From Octopus bimaculoides (Eukaryota), in contig NC_069006.1 in NCBI RefSeq assembly GCF_001194135.2, forward strand, positions 12,436,854 through 12,476,582: 39,729 bases of DNA. Direction: 5' to 3'. Positions 11,425 to 22,539 of this stretch are shown here, one piece after another (the stretch's first letter is position 1; each line of letters begins with the position of its first letter). Both the position numbers and the translations under genes were made by a program. The notes beneath the pieces are model-generated. The model was not told where the DNA came from. It searched no databases and was given only the letters and a program-made list of their open reading frames with translations.

Positions 11425-11550
11425 TGAATTTGTCCATGTTCGGTCCTCTGCTGGACGAAAGCCTCAGCATGTTCTCTCCGCCAGAGAATAGCTTGAGATC
11501 ACACTGGTTTGATGAGACTACTCTGCTACACTGGTTCCACATGGCTTGGC
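11425..11550 (-). mobile_element. RTE-like ORF2 C-terminal remnant
   Basis: Minus-strand translation LWRREHAEAFVQQRT resembles the WR...EA(F/Y)VQQW terminus of RTE ORF2. Confidence 0.4.
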
Positions 11551-11575
11551 AGAAAGATGCAGTTCTTTTTTTAAT

Positions 11576-11700
11576 ATTCAACTCCAGTAATGAACTGGTA
11601 CTTATTTTATCGACCCATAAATAATGAAAGGCAAAGTCAACCTCAGCAGAATTTGAACTCAGAACATAAAGACAGACAATATAACATTATGCATTTGGCC
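11576..11700 (-). mobile_element. SINE family C, partial
   Basis: ACTGGTACTTATTTTATCGACCC...ATGAAAGGCAAAGTCAACCTC...GAATTTGAACTCAGAAC core. Confidence 0.75.
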
Positions 11701-11920
11701 ACCATGTGTATGCACACACACACACACTCANNNNNNNNNNNNNNNNNNNNNNNNNNNNNNNNNNNNNNNNNNNNNNNNNNNNNNNNNNNNNNNNNNNNNN
11801 NNNNNNNNNNNNNNNNNNNNNNNNNNNNNNNNNNNNNNNNNNNNNNNNNNNNNNNNNNNNNNNNNNNNNNNNNNNNNNNNNNNNNNNNNNNNNNNNNACA
11901 CACACACACACACACACACA

Positions 11921-12091
11921 CATTACATTCTCAGAGTGGTTGACATTAGGAAGAGCATCCAGCTGTAGAAACACCGCCAGATCAGACTGGAGCCTGGTGC
12001 GGCCTCCTGGCTTCCCAGACCCCAGTCAAACCGTCCTACCCATGCCAGCATGGAAAACAGACGTTAAACGATGATGATGATGATGATGATG
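11921..12091 (+). mobile_element. RTE-tailed SINE, family A
   Basis: Homology to 2942-3100 and a (GAT)n tail. Confidence 0.8.
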
Positions 12092-12715
12092 AGACACATG
12101 TGCTTGAGTGAGAGGTTACATGCATGCAAGTGCGCCAACCTTTCAACCTTTGTTTTACTTTATAATGCGGCATCATTTTTCTCTAATTACCACACCACAC
12201 AAAAACCTAATTTTCGTTTTACAAAAGGAACAAAGTGACTGTATGTAATGTAATGTAATATAATAATATCTGCAGTGTGTGGAAGAAAGAAACAGTGGAG
12301 GAGCAGTGGAGGAGCAACACAGAAAAACAGAGAAAGAAAGAGAGGGTGGAGGGGGAAATAATGTCACGTTTGTGACATTTGATAATGTAGGTTAGTAAAC
12401 AGGGTTAATAAGTTTACTATTACACAAATAATAGATCTTTACATCTTCAGACACAACACCACCTCTGCTACTGTCTGTTTGACTTAACCCATTTCTGATT
12501 TCAATTTAAATCTGTCAATCAAGATCAATAAAGTAATAAACTGTGGTTGTTGTTATAGCAATTGTTGTTGATGTGGTTATTGTTAAACCTTGGATCAGCT
12601 GTGATCAAGTAAGTTCAATGATGAAAGCTATTTCAACTGTGTCCATCTTGTCTTTCTTCTTTTGTTGTAAGATAGAACGGTTGGTGTAGTGTGAGCAGCT
12701 GTAGTAGTGGTGATG

Positions 12716-13284
12716 TTAATGATATTGGTGGTGGTGGTGATGTTGTTGTTGTTGTTGGTGGTGGTGATGGTGGGTGAGGGTGGTACTGGTGGTGGTGTTA
12801 GCGATGTTGTTGGTGGTGGTGGTAGCATTGGTGTTGGTGGTGACAATTGTAGTGTTGTTGTTGTTGTTGGTGGTGGTGGGTGAGGTAGGGGNNNNNNNNN
12901 NNNNNNNNNNNNNNNNNNNNNNNNNNNNNNNNNNNNNNNNNNNNNNNNNNNNNNNNNNNNNNNNNNNNNNNNNNNNNNNNNNNNNNNNNNNNNNNNNNNN
13001 NNNNNNNNNNNNNNNNNNNNNNNNNNNNNNNNNNNNNNNNNNNNNNNNNNNNNNNNNNNNNNNNNNNNNNNNNNNNNNNNNNNNNNNNNNNNNNNNNNNN
13101 NNNNNNNNNNNNNNNNNNNNNNNNNNNNNNNNNNNNNNNNNNNNNNNNNNNNNNNNNNNNNNNNNNGGTGAGGTAGGGGTGAGGGTGGTGGTGTTAGCGA
13201 TGTTGTTGGTGCTGGTGGCGTTGTTGCTGGTGGTGGTAGCATTGGTGTTGGTGACAATTATAGTGTTGTTGTTGTTGTTGTTGT
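12716..13284. repeat. (GGT/GTT)-rich compound repeat with a ~100-bp unit on both sides of a gap
   Basis: GGTGTTAGCGATGTTGTTGGTG and GGTAGCATTGGTGTTGGTG recur at 12795-12840 and 13190-13253. Confidence 0.8.
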
Positions 13285-13477
13285 TTGTGGTGTTTAGCCC
13301 CAAGTCAGTTCTGATCCAGTGGACTTACGACCAAAGGTATTCACTTCAGATACAATTCCTGTTGAACCTAGTAAGCAGGTGTAAATAAATTAAACAGGTG
13401 GAGTATAGCTGGAGTTGGGTGGAAAGATAGTACAATTGATGGAACAGCCACAGACTAAATAACTCACTGTAATTTTA

Positions 13478-13684
13478 AGCCAACAAAGAAGCCTCAATAT
13501 GGTCATTTGATTTGCTAGACATAATAGTCAAATCTCCCACAAATCACATCCTACAGCTATCAGTAATGGACACACAGGATATTGTGGTCCTCAGTTTTCT
13601 GCCTTGAGAGAAAAGACAGGATGGTCATGACAGGATGGTCAAGTCTGCTGAATCAGAGATGACCAAGGGCTAAACAGCAGCAAC
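13478..13684 (+). mobile_element. SINE-like repeat, family E, with (CAA)-type tail
   Basis: Homologous to 34827-35068 (+) and to inverted 3' fragments at 13284-13345 and 12584-12655. Confidence 0.55.
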
Positions 13685-13754
13685 TTACAGTCACTTGCGT
13701 AGCTAGAGTGTGTGCGGCCCTTCTGATTCCCCCACCCCCTAGACCCCACAAGTT

Positions 13755-13895
13755 GTGAAATTTGTGATTTTGTGATCACATGTATCCTGTGGTCTACAAT
13801 GTTGTCATGGACAGGAAGTTGGAACAAAGAGTCAATGTGAAATTTTGTGTTAACTTGAGAAGTTTGCCACAAAGACATTGAACATGCTTCGGCAA
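13755..13895 (+). mobile_element. Mariner 5' fragment (same family as 22540-23620)
   Basis: High similarity to 22650-22800; retains ATG GAC AGG AAG TTG GAA CAA AGA (MDRKLEQR) at 13807. Confidence 0.75.
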
Positions 13896-14052
13896 TCTAA
13901 TAGATACATTGACAGACAAATAAATTGATTGATAGACTGACAGATAGATAGATGGATAGACAGATTTATAAATAGACAGACTGAAGATTGGTAGACAGAT
14001 AGATGGATAAGACAGTAAAACAGAATAAATGAGAGTTAGTCTTCACATAGGC

Positions 14053-14257
14053 TTTTATTCTTTTACTTGTTTCAGTCATTTGACTGTGGCCATGCTGGAG
14101 TACCACCTTTAGTCAAACAAATCAACCCCAGGACTTATTATTTGTAAGCCTAGTACTTATTCTATTGGTCTCTTTTACTGAACCACTAAGTTACGGGAAT
14201 GTAAACACACCAATACCAGTTGTCAAGTGATGGTAAGAGAACAAACACGGACACACT

Positions 14258-14289
<32 letters not shown>

Positions 14290-14430
14290 CGACAGGCTTC
14301 TTTCAGTTTCCGTCTACCAAATCCACTCACAAAGTTGGCCCTAGTCTATAGTAGAAGACACTTGCCCAAGGTGCCAAGCAGTGGGACTGAACCCAGAACC
14401 ATGTGGTTGAGAAGCCACACAAGCACCTGT
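14053..14430 (-). mobile_element. SINE family B, full-length, with internal (TA)n
   Basis: Reverse complement of the 26169-26551 copy over its whole length. Confidence 0.85.
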
Positions 14431-14745
14431 GTATTTTTCATTGATGTATATCAATTAAGAAACTATGCACCAGTTACAAAACCCACAAAAATCTGGTGCT
14501 TCAAGAATGAAGCCCCTTGATATATTTGCTCTGTGCTGAGTTGCATATATTCCCTTGAATAACACTATTGCACATCAAGTGTGATGAAAAATAAATATAA
14601 TCACTAATATAACTTCCATATTGGCCATATTATATAACATCTGTATTGGCCAGGTTGTGTGACAATGTTAACACAGAAATAAGTTAATTTTTTAAAATTA
14701 AACTATCCATGGGAAATCACAAAGACCTACTTCTAGTAGAGTAGA

Positions 14746-14776
<31 letters not shown>

Positions 14777-15384
14777 CCTTCCTGTGGCTCAGTGTATGCG
14801 TTTGTCTGTCCTTCCTGTAGCTCTATGTATTTGTGTGTGTGTACATGTGTGTGCATATGTATGTGTATGTATCTGTCTACCCTTCTAACTATGTGTATGT
14901 GTCAGTGAATGAATTTGCATATGTGTGTGTGTGTGTGTGTGTGTGCTTCTGTCTATCTGTGACCATGCTTTTGGATGTTCCATTTTTCAAAGACAATGCA
15001 AAATTTGCCATTTTATTTCATTACTGAAATATATACTCCAGGATTATTTTGAAAAAATTCATTTTCCTTTAACTGTTTGTTCACCCCCACCTAAACCCTC
15101 CATTACAACACACCACCTCTTTACAACCCTAACACACACTCTCCCTCCTTCCTATCTCTTCATTACAACACACCCATTTCCCTCCTTCGTACCCCCCACC
15201 CCATTACAACATGCTCCACTTCATCCAAGTAACTGCCCGCAGTACAATCTGCCAAATAAGAAATGAACCTTTTCTATCACCCTTGCCTGTGATCCCACAA
15301 CATTTCTCCTGTGACTATACATTACACTGAGTACACCATACATTACAACATTCCTACCAACTCCCTTTATACATTAGGAAGAGG

Positions 15385-16410
15385 CCACATCATCAGATGT
15401 GGCCACTTCCTAATGGAAGTAAGGTCCAGTTTTGTCTCCTGATAGCTCAAAACTTTTGTCTTTGCCAGGTTTGCTTTGAGGCCTCGCATTTCTAGATTTT
15501 GCTTCCAAGTTTTGAATTTCTTCTCTAAATCTTTGATCAATTCAGCTTTGAGAAAGAAATACGTCATTACTATGTAGAAGTTTCCAAGGTTAACCAGTCT
15601 TAACCCTTTTAGTACCAACCACACTGGGGCTGTCCTTGATTATATGATACAACCTTTTTGTTTAAAGTGATTTAAATGAAAACCTTCCATCAAAATTTTA
15701 TGTTGATTTATCTTCCAAATGTCAGACAAAGTTATTTTAATAAATACGTCATTATTTTCAAAATTAATTGAAATAAACGCAGTGTACTTCAATAGAAATA
15801 AAGTAATAATAGGTTTAGTGATCTCAATTAAAACCATCAAATTGTTTTGCTAATTTATGCTCCAAACACCAGCTTAATAATGATAAAGTTATTTAACTAA
15901 ATACATAATTATTTTCAAACTTAATTGCTACAAAAGCAACATATTTCAACAGTCATACAATGACAAAAGAGTTAAATGTTTCTGTTATGCTGTACTCCAA
16001 TCTACAATAGGAATTCCTCACTCAACTCTTGAGTGACTCTCACCTTCGTAACAACACTTTTGTACATGGCTTGCACAAATCTCACAAACCATTAATCAAC
16101 TCTTAGTTTTTGCCGTGACCCCCCCCCCCCGGCTATAAAGCATGATACCCTCTCAAAGCCTTTTCCAAGACAACAAATACCAGACTCACTAGCTTGGTCT
16201 GAGCTAAAACTTCTCTTGTAGTTATCTCGTCAGAAATAGAGGATCAACATTAGTCTTGCCAGAAGCTTGTTCTGCATCTCATCTGGGCTAATTCTGTTCA
16301 GCTTAATGCTTCAGTAGATGCTTCTTTCATGTGCACCTTTATTTCCCTTCTTGATGATGATGATGATGATGATACACCAGTCACTGGGTACGACACCCTT
16401 CTCTTCTACT
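15385..16410 (-). mobile_element. Second RTE reverse-transcriptase remnant, interrupted by a MITE
   Basis: Minus-strand pieces EGVVPSDWC, DEMQ, QEK..VFVVLEKA, FVQAMYK..KVRV, FKTG.PW, LEKKFKTWKQNLE..LKANLAKTKVL are collinear with the RTE at 5840-7298. Confidence 0.8.
15604..15971. mobile_element. piggyBac-like MITE
   Basis: TTAA duplication at 15600-15603 and 15972-15975; termini CCCTTTT...AAAAGAG; removing it restores the RTE sequence. Confidence 0.8.
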
Positions 16411-16448
16411 TGCAAGTCACTGCTGTATGTAATACTTTGCAAAATGGT

Positions 16449-16663
16449 AATAATAATTCTTTCTAATTTTGGTGTGAGGCAAAGATTTTGAGGGGAAGGG
16501 GAAGTTATTTACATTAACCCCAGTACTCAACTGATACTCAACAGTAAAGATTACAGACAAGGTTGACCTGGGTGGAATTTGAATTCAGAATGTAAAGAGC
16601 TGGAAGAAATATCACCAAAGATTTTGTCCAACATGTGAAAAATTCTGCCTACTCACTGCCACC
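16449..16663 (-). mobile_element. SINE family C
   Basis: tRNA-like head ending at 16663; body homologous to 1416-1642. Confidence 0.75.
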
Positions 16664-16881
16664 ATAATAACCCTTTCTCCTATAAGAACAAGGCCAGAAA
16701 TTTTGTGGGAGGGAGGTTAGTTGATTATATCAACTCCAGTTGACTGGTACTTAATTTATTGACTCTGAAAGAATGAAAGGCAAAGTTGACTCCAGCGGAA
16801 TTTGAACTCATAATGTAATGACATGAAATACAGCTAAGCATTTTGTCCAGCATGTTAATGATTCTGCCAGCTCACTAACTT
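16664..16881 (-). mobile_element. SINE family C, head-to-tail with the preceding copy
   Basis: GCATTTTGTCCAGC...GATTCTGCCAGCTC head and GGTACTTAATTTATTGAC core. Confidence 0.8.
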
Positions 16882-16890
16882 AATAATAAT

Positions 16891-16995
16891 AACAAGAAGA
16901 CTCAGAGAGCGCAAAACTCTGCCAACACAACACCAACATCCCCTCAACGGTAAACTGGAGATGATTTTTAAAATGAGGATATCTGAAAGAAAATC
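16891..16995 (+). mobile_element. 5' end of a Helentron/DINE-like non-autonomous element
   Basis: Similar to 18101-18200 (AACAAGA..ACTCAGAGAGCGCAAA.CTC.GCCAA). Confidence 0.55.
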
Positions 16996-17570
16996 CTTCA
17001 ATGAATATCATGAGAGCTTTTGGTTTTCTCTTCTCTTAAATTCCAGTTTTCCTTTAGTAATCCTGTTGTTTTAGATTGATGTATAGAATTATGTNNNNNN
17101 NNNNNNNNNNNNNNNNNNNNNNNNNNNNNNNNNNNNNNNNNNNNNNNNNNNNNNNNNNNNNNNNNNNNNNNNNNNNNNNNNNNNNNNNNNNNNNNNNNNN
17201 NNNNNNNNNNNNNNNNNNNNNNNNNNNNNNNNNNNNNNNNNNNNNNATATATATATATATATATATAATTTGAGAGGAGGCAATATGAGTAGAAAACTAG
17301 AGGGACATGACCTATTATCCGGCAGAATATACAATATATATGCACACTTACTTCGACATTAATAAAGCGGCATAAAGCTCAACATAACAGAAGTATTAAT
17401 AAGATACAAGCATATAGACATATACATATTTTTATAAGCCCGGAAATATCTAAAAATATTATATTTAAATACATAGGCATTTAAAAAAATATTTAAGTAA
17501 AATAAGTACAAAATATACACATAATAAGATATAAAAACGTCGATATTATAGTGAGTTATAAGTTCACACT

Positions 17571-17606
<36 letters not shown>

Positions 17607-17910
17607 AAATAGGGCCGGAGTGAAAGGTGAAGGCAGAGGAGATAAATGGTAAAGAGAGCATCGTATGAATGAGAAAGGAAGGGGTGATAGATGAATAATA
17701 AAGGAAGGAGTGAAAAGCCGATAAATGGCGTTTAAAGTGTGAGTATAAGCATGTGTAAAAGAGAGGTATGTTTGCGTGAGTGTGAGTGTGTACAATGGAA
17801 ATCGGATGGTAATGTTCAACGCTGAAAATGTGTGAGTATATGTGTGGATGTGTGTGTCTACAAGAGAACTATGGGAAACTTTACATATACATGTAAAATA
17901 AAGAAAAGAT

Positions 17911-18102
17911 GAAAAATAATCCAGAATCCTTGTCAGGTACTGAATCGATCCCAAAATGTAATCATTCATGTCAGTCACAAGGCCAAACATCCCTGAAAGT
18001 TTTATCCAAATCCATCCAGTAGTTCTTGAGATATTTTGTCCATGGACAAACAAACAAATACGGCTGAAAACAATATCTCCACCTTCGTTAAAGCGGAGGT
18101 AA
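17911..18102 (+). mobile_element. 3' end of a Helentron/DINE-like element
   Basis: Similar to 18277-18469 and ends in the hairpin ATCTCCACCTT-CGTTA-AAGCGGAGGT. Confidence 0.55.
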
Positions 18103-18469
18103 CAAGAGCACTCAGAGAACGCAAACCTCCGCCAAGACAACACCAACGTCCACTCAACGATCAGCCAGAGATGAGTTTTAAAATGAGAATATCTGAAATA
18201 AACTTGACTGCTCTCACAAATGAGAATACTAAAAATGAACTTGACTGCTCTCAAAAATTAAGTAAAAAAAAAACAGGAAAAATAATCCAGAATTCTTATC
18301 TGGTACCGGATTGATCCCAAAATCTAATCAGTTCGTGCCAGTCACAAGGCCAAACATCCCTGAAAGTTTCATCCGAATCTGTTTAGCGGATCTTGAGATA
18401 TCTTGTCCACAGACAAACAAACAAACACCACTGAAAACAATACCTCTGCTTTTGTTAAGGTGGAGGTAA
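18101..18469 (+). mobile_element. Full-length Helentron/DINE-like non-autonomous element
   Basis: 5' subterminal ACCTCCGCC (18125-18133) is complementary to the 3' GGTGGAGGT; 3' hairpin TACCTCTGCTT...AAGGTGGAGGTA; short (CAAA)n; no TSD seen. Confidence 0.6.
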
Positions 18470-18649
18470 TAACAGTAAGCTTATTGTATTCATTGCTCAG
18501 ATATCGAATAACTTATTGGAAAAGGGTGAAAGAGGAGACAGCAAACAGCAATAAGTCAAGTTATGAAAGACAGCAATGAAAGCCAAAAATACATATAAAA
18601 CACAAGTGACATTAAAATGAAGAACCATAAAGAGGAAAGGATGCCTAGG

Positions 18650-19468
18650 CCTATCAGGAGTAAGGGTGGAAAATTTCAGGAAGCATGGGATTTTTGAAAA
18701 GATGCCATATCCTAACAGCTAACAACTAATGTGGTGAGTTTATTCTATGCTTTGATAGTTCTGAGTATGAGAAATGTTTCTGAGTGCCTTAGATGCTGGA
18801 CTGGTTTTTGATTTTAAGTAGGGGAGCTCTGAAAGGGGCCTTGGGGAGTAGCATCCCTGCCTTCCTGAGCTAGTTTCTTAAATGGTCTCAGGACCACTCA
18901 TGTCTAGAAACTGAGCTTGGGGGTAAGCAAGGGCATGCTCCCCATAGAAAATCCAGCTCCAAAAAAGCCTCATGATTAGCAAGGGAGAATGGGCACCAGC
19001 CAGCCAGCCCAAAGATTGAGGCGCGCTGCATCTGCCTGCTTCAGTTGCTATGTCATTGAGGTAGATCCAGTCACCTCCGTTAACAGGAACAAAACCCAAA
19101 TTTAAAACACTGGATGATGATGATGATGAAGCAGGTCCACAGGTGATATAGAGATATTGAATTTAAAAAGATGGTCAAAGTTGTTGGAAAGATGGCAGAT
19201 AATCTTGTAGGCTTCCACTAACTTCATTGAAACTTTAGTGTGTCAATGCCCAATCAAGCAATACATTCAAATATGTTTAGTGAATGCTGAAGTGCATTTA
19301 ATATTTTACAGTAACAATATCTGATGGTTCAGATGATTTACTTAACTTCAAATATTTAATTACATCTTTGACTATACAGCCGTCATTGTCAATGGCTGGT
19401 TCTTCTGTTGGGTCTGCTGGGGTAGGGGAAGTTCTCTTTTTTATGCATGTTCCCACTTTCAGCACTCC
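18650..19468 (-). mobile_element. CR1-like LINE remnant, internally deleted and split by an insertion
   Basis: Minus-strand pieces VIKYLKLSKSSEPSDI, LGIDTLKF, LVEAYKIICHL..DHLFKF and FLILRTIKA*NKL..VVSC*DMASF resemble CR1 ORF2 pre-RT and C-terminal motifs. Confidence 0.55.
18823..19128 (+). mobile_element. Unclassified (GAT)n-tailed retroposon
   Basis: (GAT)n tail at 19113-19128; flanked by AAGTAGG (18816-18822) and AAGCAGG (19129-19135), a candidate 7-bp TSD. Confidence 0.55.
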
Positions 19469-19850
19469 ACTCATGCTATCACCACCACCATCACCACAAC
19501 AACTACCACCAATGCCATTACAATGACCACCAGCACAGCCACCACCACTACCCAACACTACTACAAATATCACTACCAACCTCACCACAGCTACTACCCT
19601 ACCACCACCACCACCACCACTGCCACCACCACCACCACCNNNNNNNNNNACTCATGCTATCACCACCACCATCACCACAACAACTACCACCAATGCCATT
19701 ACAATGACCACCAGCACAGCCACCACCACTACCCAACACTACTACAAATATCACTACCAACCTCACCACAGCTACTACCCTACCACCACCACCACCACCA
19801 CTGCCACCACCATCACAACTATTATTGCAGCTACCGTCATCGCCATCACT
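19469..19850. repeat. (CAC/CAA)-rich low-complexity tract duplicated across a 10-N gap
   Basis: 19469-19631 is repeated identically at 19650-19812. Confidence 0.85.
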
Positions 19851-20407
19851 ATTCAATGATTAAGCCATGAAATGTTCTATTTTTAATTTTCCATGTTTTC
19901 CTCAGAAGAATAAAGTTGGAAAATAAAATATTATATGAAGAAATTGTTTAAATAACTTCACACCATCATCATCATTATCATGGCATTTGTCATCACCACA
20001 ATCACACAGTCATCACCATCAACATCACAATCATCATGAGCAGCAGCAGTAATTGCATCCCCACCCTCATCGTCATCACAATTATCACCAACACCATCAC
20101 CACCTCCTCACCTTCACCACCACCATTACCTTCATGCCGTCGTCACCACCACCATCAACACCATAATTGTTAATCCATCAAACACACCAACCCACCCACC
20201 CTTCCTCCATCTCCTTCAAATCTCTATTTACCAATAAAAACTGCTCCATTTAACAAACATTACACATTAAAGCAGTTTTTTTTTTATTTATTACTTTTCT
20301 CTTAATTTTTTTCTGTTCTTGTTTTTGTCTCCTCCCACCAACTCCAAATTCAATTTTAAAATTCAAAATTATATTTAACAACAATAAAATTACATTTGAT
20401 AGCAACA

Positions 20408-20806
20408 AAACCTTATTTCACAGGAGCAAAATTATATTTCACATCAGCAAGATTATATTTCACAGGCACTAAATTATATTTCCCGGCAATATTTCCATAT
20501 TTCACAACCACAAAATCATATTTCCTAGGCACTAAATTCTATTTCCAACCAATAAAATTCTATTTCACAGGAGCAAAATTATATTTCACAGCAGCAAGAT
20601 TATATTTCACAGGTACTAAATTATATTTCCCGGCAATAGTATAATATTTTACAGGCACTAAATTCTATTTCCAACCAATAAAATTATATTTCACAGGCAC
20701 TATATTATATTTCCCGGCAATAGTATATTTCACAACCACTAAATCATATTTCATAGGCACTAAATTCTATTTTCGACCAATAAAATTCTATTTCACAGCA
20801 ATAAAA
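20408..20806. repeat. 21-bp minisatellite (about 19 units, consensus AAATTATATTTCACAGGCACT) with a 147-bp higher-order repeat
   Basis: Unit variants recur; TATTTCACAGGAGCA occurs at 20414 and 20561 (147 bp apart). Confidence 0.9.
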
Positions 20807-20859
20807 ATGATTTTTTTTACTTTTAGATTTTATAGTTTTCTGTGATTTTTTCACACATA

Positions 20860-20929
20860 TTTACACACACTTATACACATGTACAAATACACATATACAC
20901 CTATTTACATGCACACACAAATACACATA

Positions 20930-20979
<50 letters not shown>

Positions 20980-21219
20980 CACTATACTATACACATACAT
21001 GTATGCCAACACATATACAAACATATTTATATACACTGATATATATATGTACACAGACACACACACACACACACACACACACACCAATGTAAATACACAC
21101 AAAAACTCATACATATACACACATATATTTACATTCAAATCATAATATATGTTCAAACATATGCATATTTATATATGCTTATATACACACACACAAATGT
21201 AAATACACATATTTACACA

Positions 21220-21264
<45 letters not shown>

Positions 21265-21275
21265 ACACCACACAC
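20860..21275. repeat. (TA)n/(CA)n compound microsatellite
   Basis: Directly visible. Confidence 0.9.
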
Positions 21276-21544
21276 ATTGAAATCAAGTGAAATTTGAGTA
21301 TTCTAACAAAATAATAAAAGACATCAATCAATAATTCGTTCCAATCAATTTTCTTCTAAATCTATTTTTATTTTTCATTACATTTTGACATTTTTGAAAA
21401 AGTTTCATTAAATTTCTTGAAATCACTTGTTGTTACCATTTTTCTCTTCTTTTTGTTATTTTATTGTCTCCAATTAACGATTATTGGCTGCCATTTTAAA
21501 ACATTGGAACAATTTCAGTTTTATTTTGTAGATTATTTCTAACC

Positions 21545-21750
21545 ACCCATCCCTTCCTCCTCTGCTGTCTTTATATCTTGCTTCTTCTTCTTCACCTTTT
21601 CCTCCTACTTCTTTTTTTTCTTCTTCATATTTGCCTTCCTTTCTTTTATCTTCATATTCTTCTATTTTTCCTCTACCTCTTCTTTTTTCTTCACATTCTT
21701 CTTCTCTTGCGTCTCCTCTTCCTTCTCTCTCTTCCTCCCTCATCCACTTC
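21545..21750. repeat. Pyrimidine-rich (TTC/TCT) low-complexity tract
   Basis: Almost purine-free on the + strand. Confidence 0.8.
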
Positions 21751-22019
21751 CAATTCAATTCCAAAATCTCTGATCAAAAGAGAAATCCAAATTCTTGTAA
21801 TAATACCACCACCACCACACACCCTATTTTCTCACCATATTTATTCCAATCTGTGTGTTTATGACTGTTCCTGCTTCTCCAGTGAAACCTCTTCACTATC
21901 CATTCCTTAAATCAAACATTAATGATCTTTTCAAAGTCATCCTACCATTCCAATATGGATTCCAGCTTTCATTTTCTTCTTTGACTTCATTTCACTAAAT
22001 AATCTTCTATGCTACCTCT

Positions 22020-22264
22020 CCCTCTCTCTGTATCTCTATGTCTATATATCTATCTATCTCTGCTTACATAACTGTCCATCTATCTGTTTCTGTTTATCTA
22101 CATATCTATCAATCTATCTACTTATCCACCTGTCTGTTTAGCTATTTATATCTTCTATTTTTTACTTGTTTCAGCCATCGGACTGTGACCATGATGAGGC
22201 ACTGCCTTGGATATCTATTAATATATCTGTCTACCTATCCCTCCCTCTATGTCTTCATCTCTCC

Positions 22265-22296
<32 letters not shown>

Positions 22297-22330
22297 CTCC
22301 CTCTATCAGCATTTCCCTCTATTTATTTAT
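22020..22330. repeat. Degenerate (TCTA)n tract
   Basis: ATCT runs, purest near 22265-22295. Confidence 0.75.
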
Positions 22331-22539
22331 CAATCTATCACTCTTCTTCGTGTGTTTAAAGGCAATTTGTGTGTGTCTATGTTTGAATGCATACATGTAT
22401 ATTTGGTTGTGTGTGCAAGTGTGTAATTTCTTTTGTTCTTTCACCCTTTTAAATCATATATGTGAGGCCATGCTGGAGCACTGCCTTGAAGAGTATTATT
22501 CCATTATACAATTATACTGACCCTAGTTCTTTGCCTGAT

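Noticed and set aside
11440-11520. GGACGAAAGC...TTGATGAGAC as a type II hammerhead
   Set aside because: Stem III does not pair, and the GGACGAAAGCCTC string is explained as antisense of an RTE C-terminus (EAFVQQ)
12628-13388. Mucin-like Pro/Thr, poly-Asn and poly-Val ORFs
   Set aside because: All frames are translations of a GGT/GTT repeat spanning a gap; no splice or domain evidence
19298-19525. Host exon on either strand (minus ORF ...KKRTSPTPADPTEEP..., or plus TTTTACAG|TISDGSDD...)
   Set aside because: The minus frame is better explained as CR1-like ORF2 and the plus frame as its antisense shadow ending in a CAC repeat; not fully excluded without RNA-seq
20408-20806. CRISPR-like array or heptad-repeat protein gene
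   Set aside because: Units are contiguous with no unique spacers, the context is eukaryotic, and the frame breaks after 82 codons
21474-21910. Glu/Lys/Arg-rich and Leu/Phe/Ser-rich ORFs
   Set aside because: Translations of a purine/pyrimidine-skewed low-complexity tract
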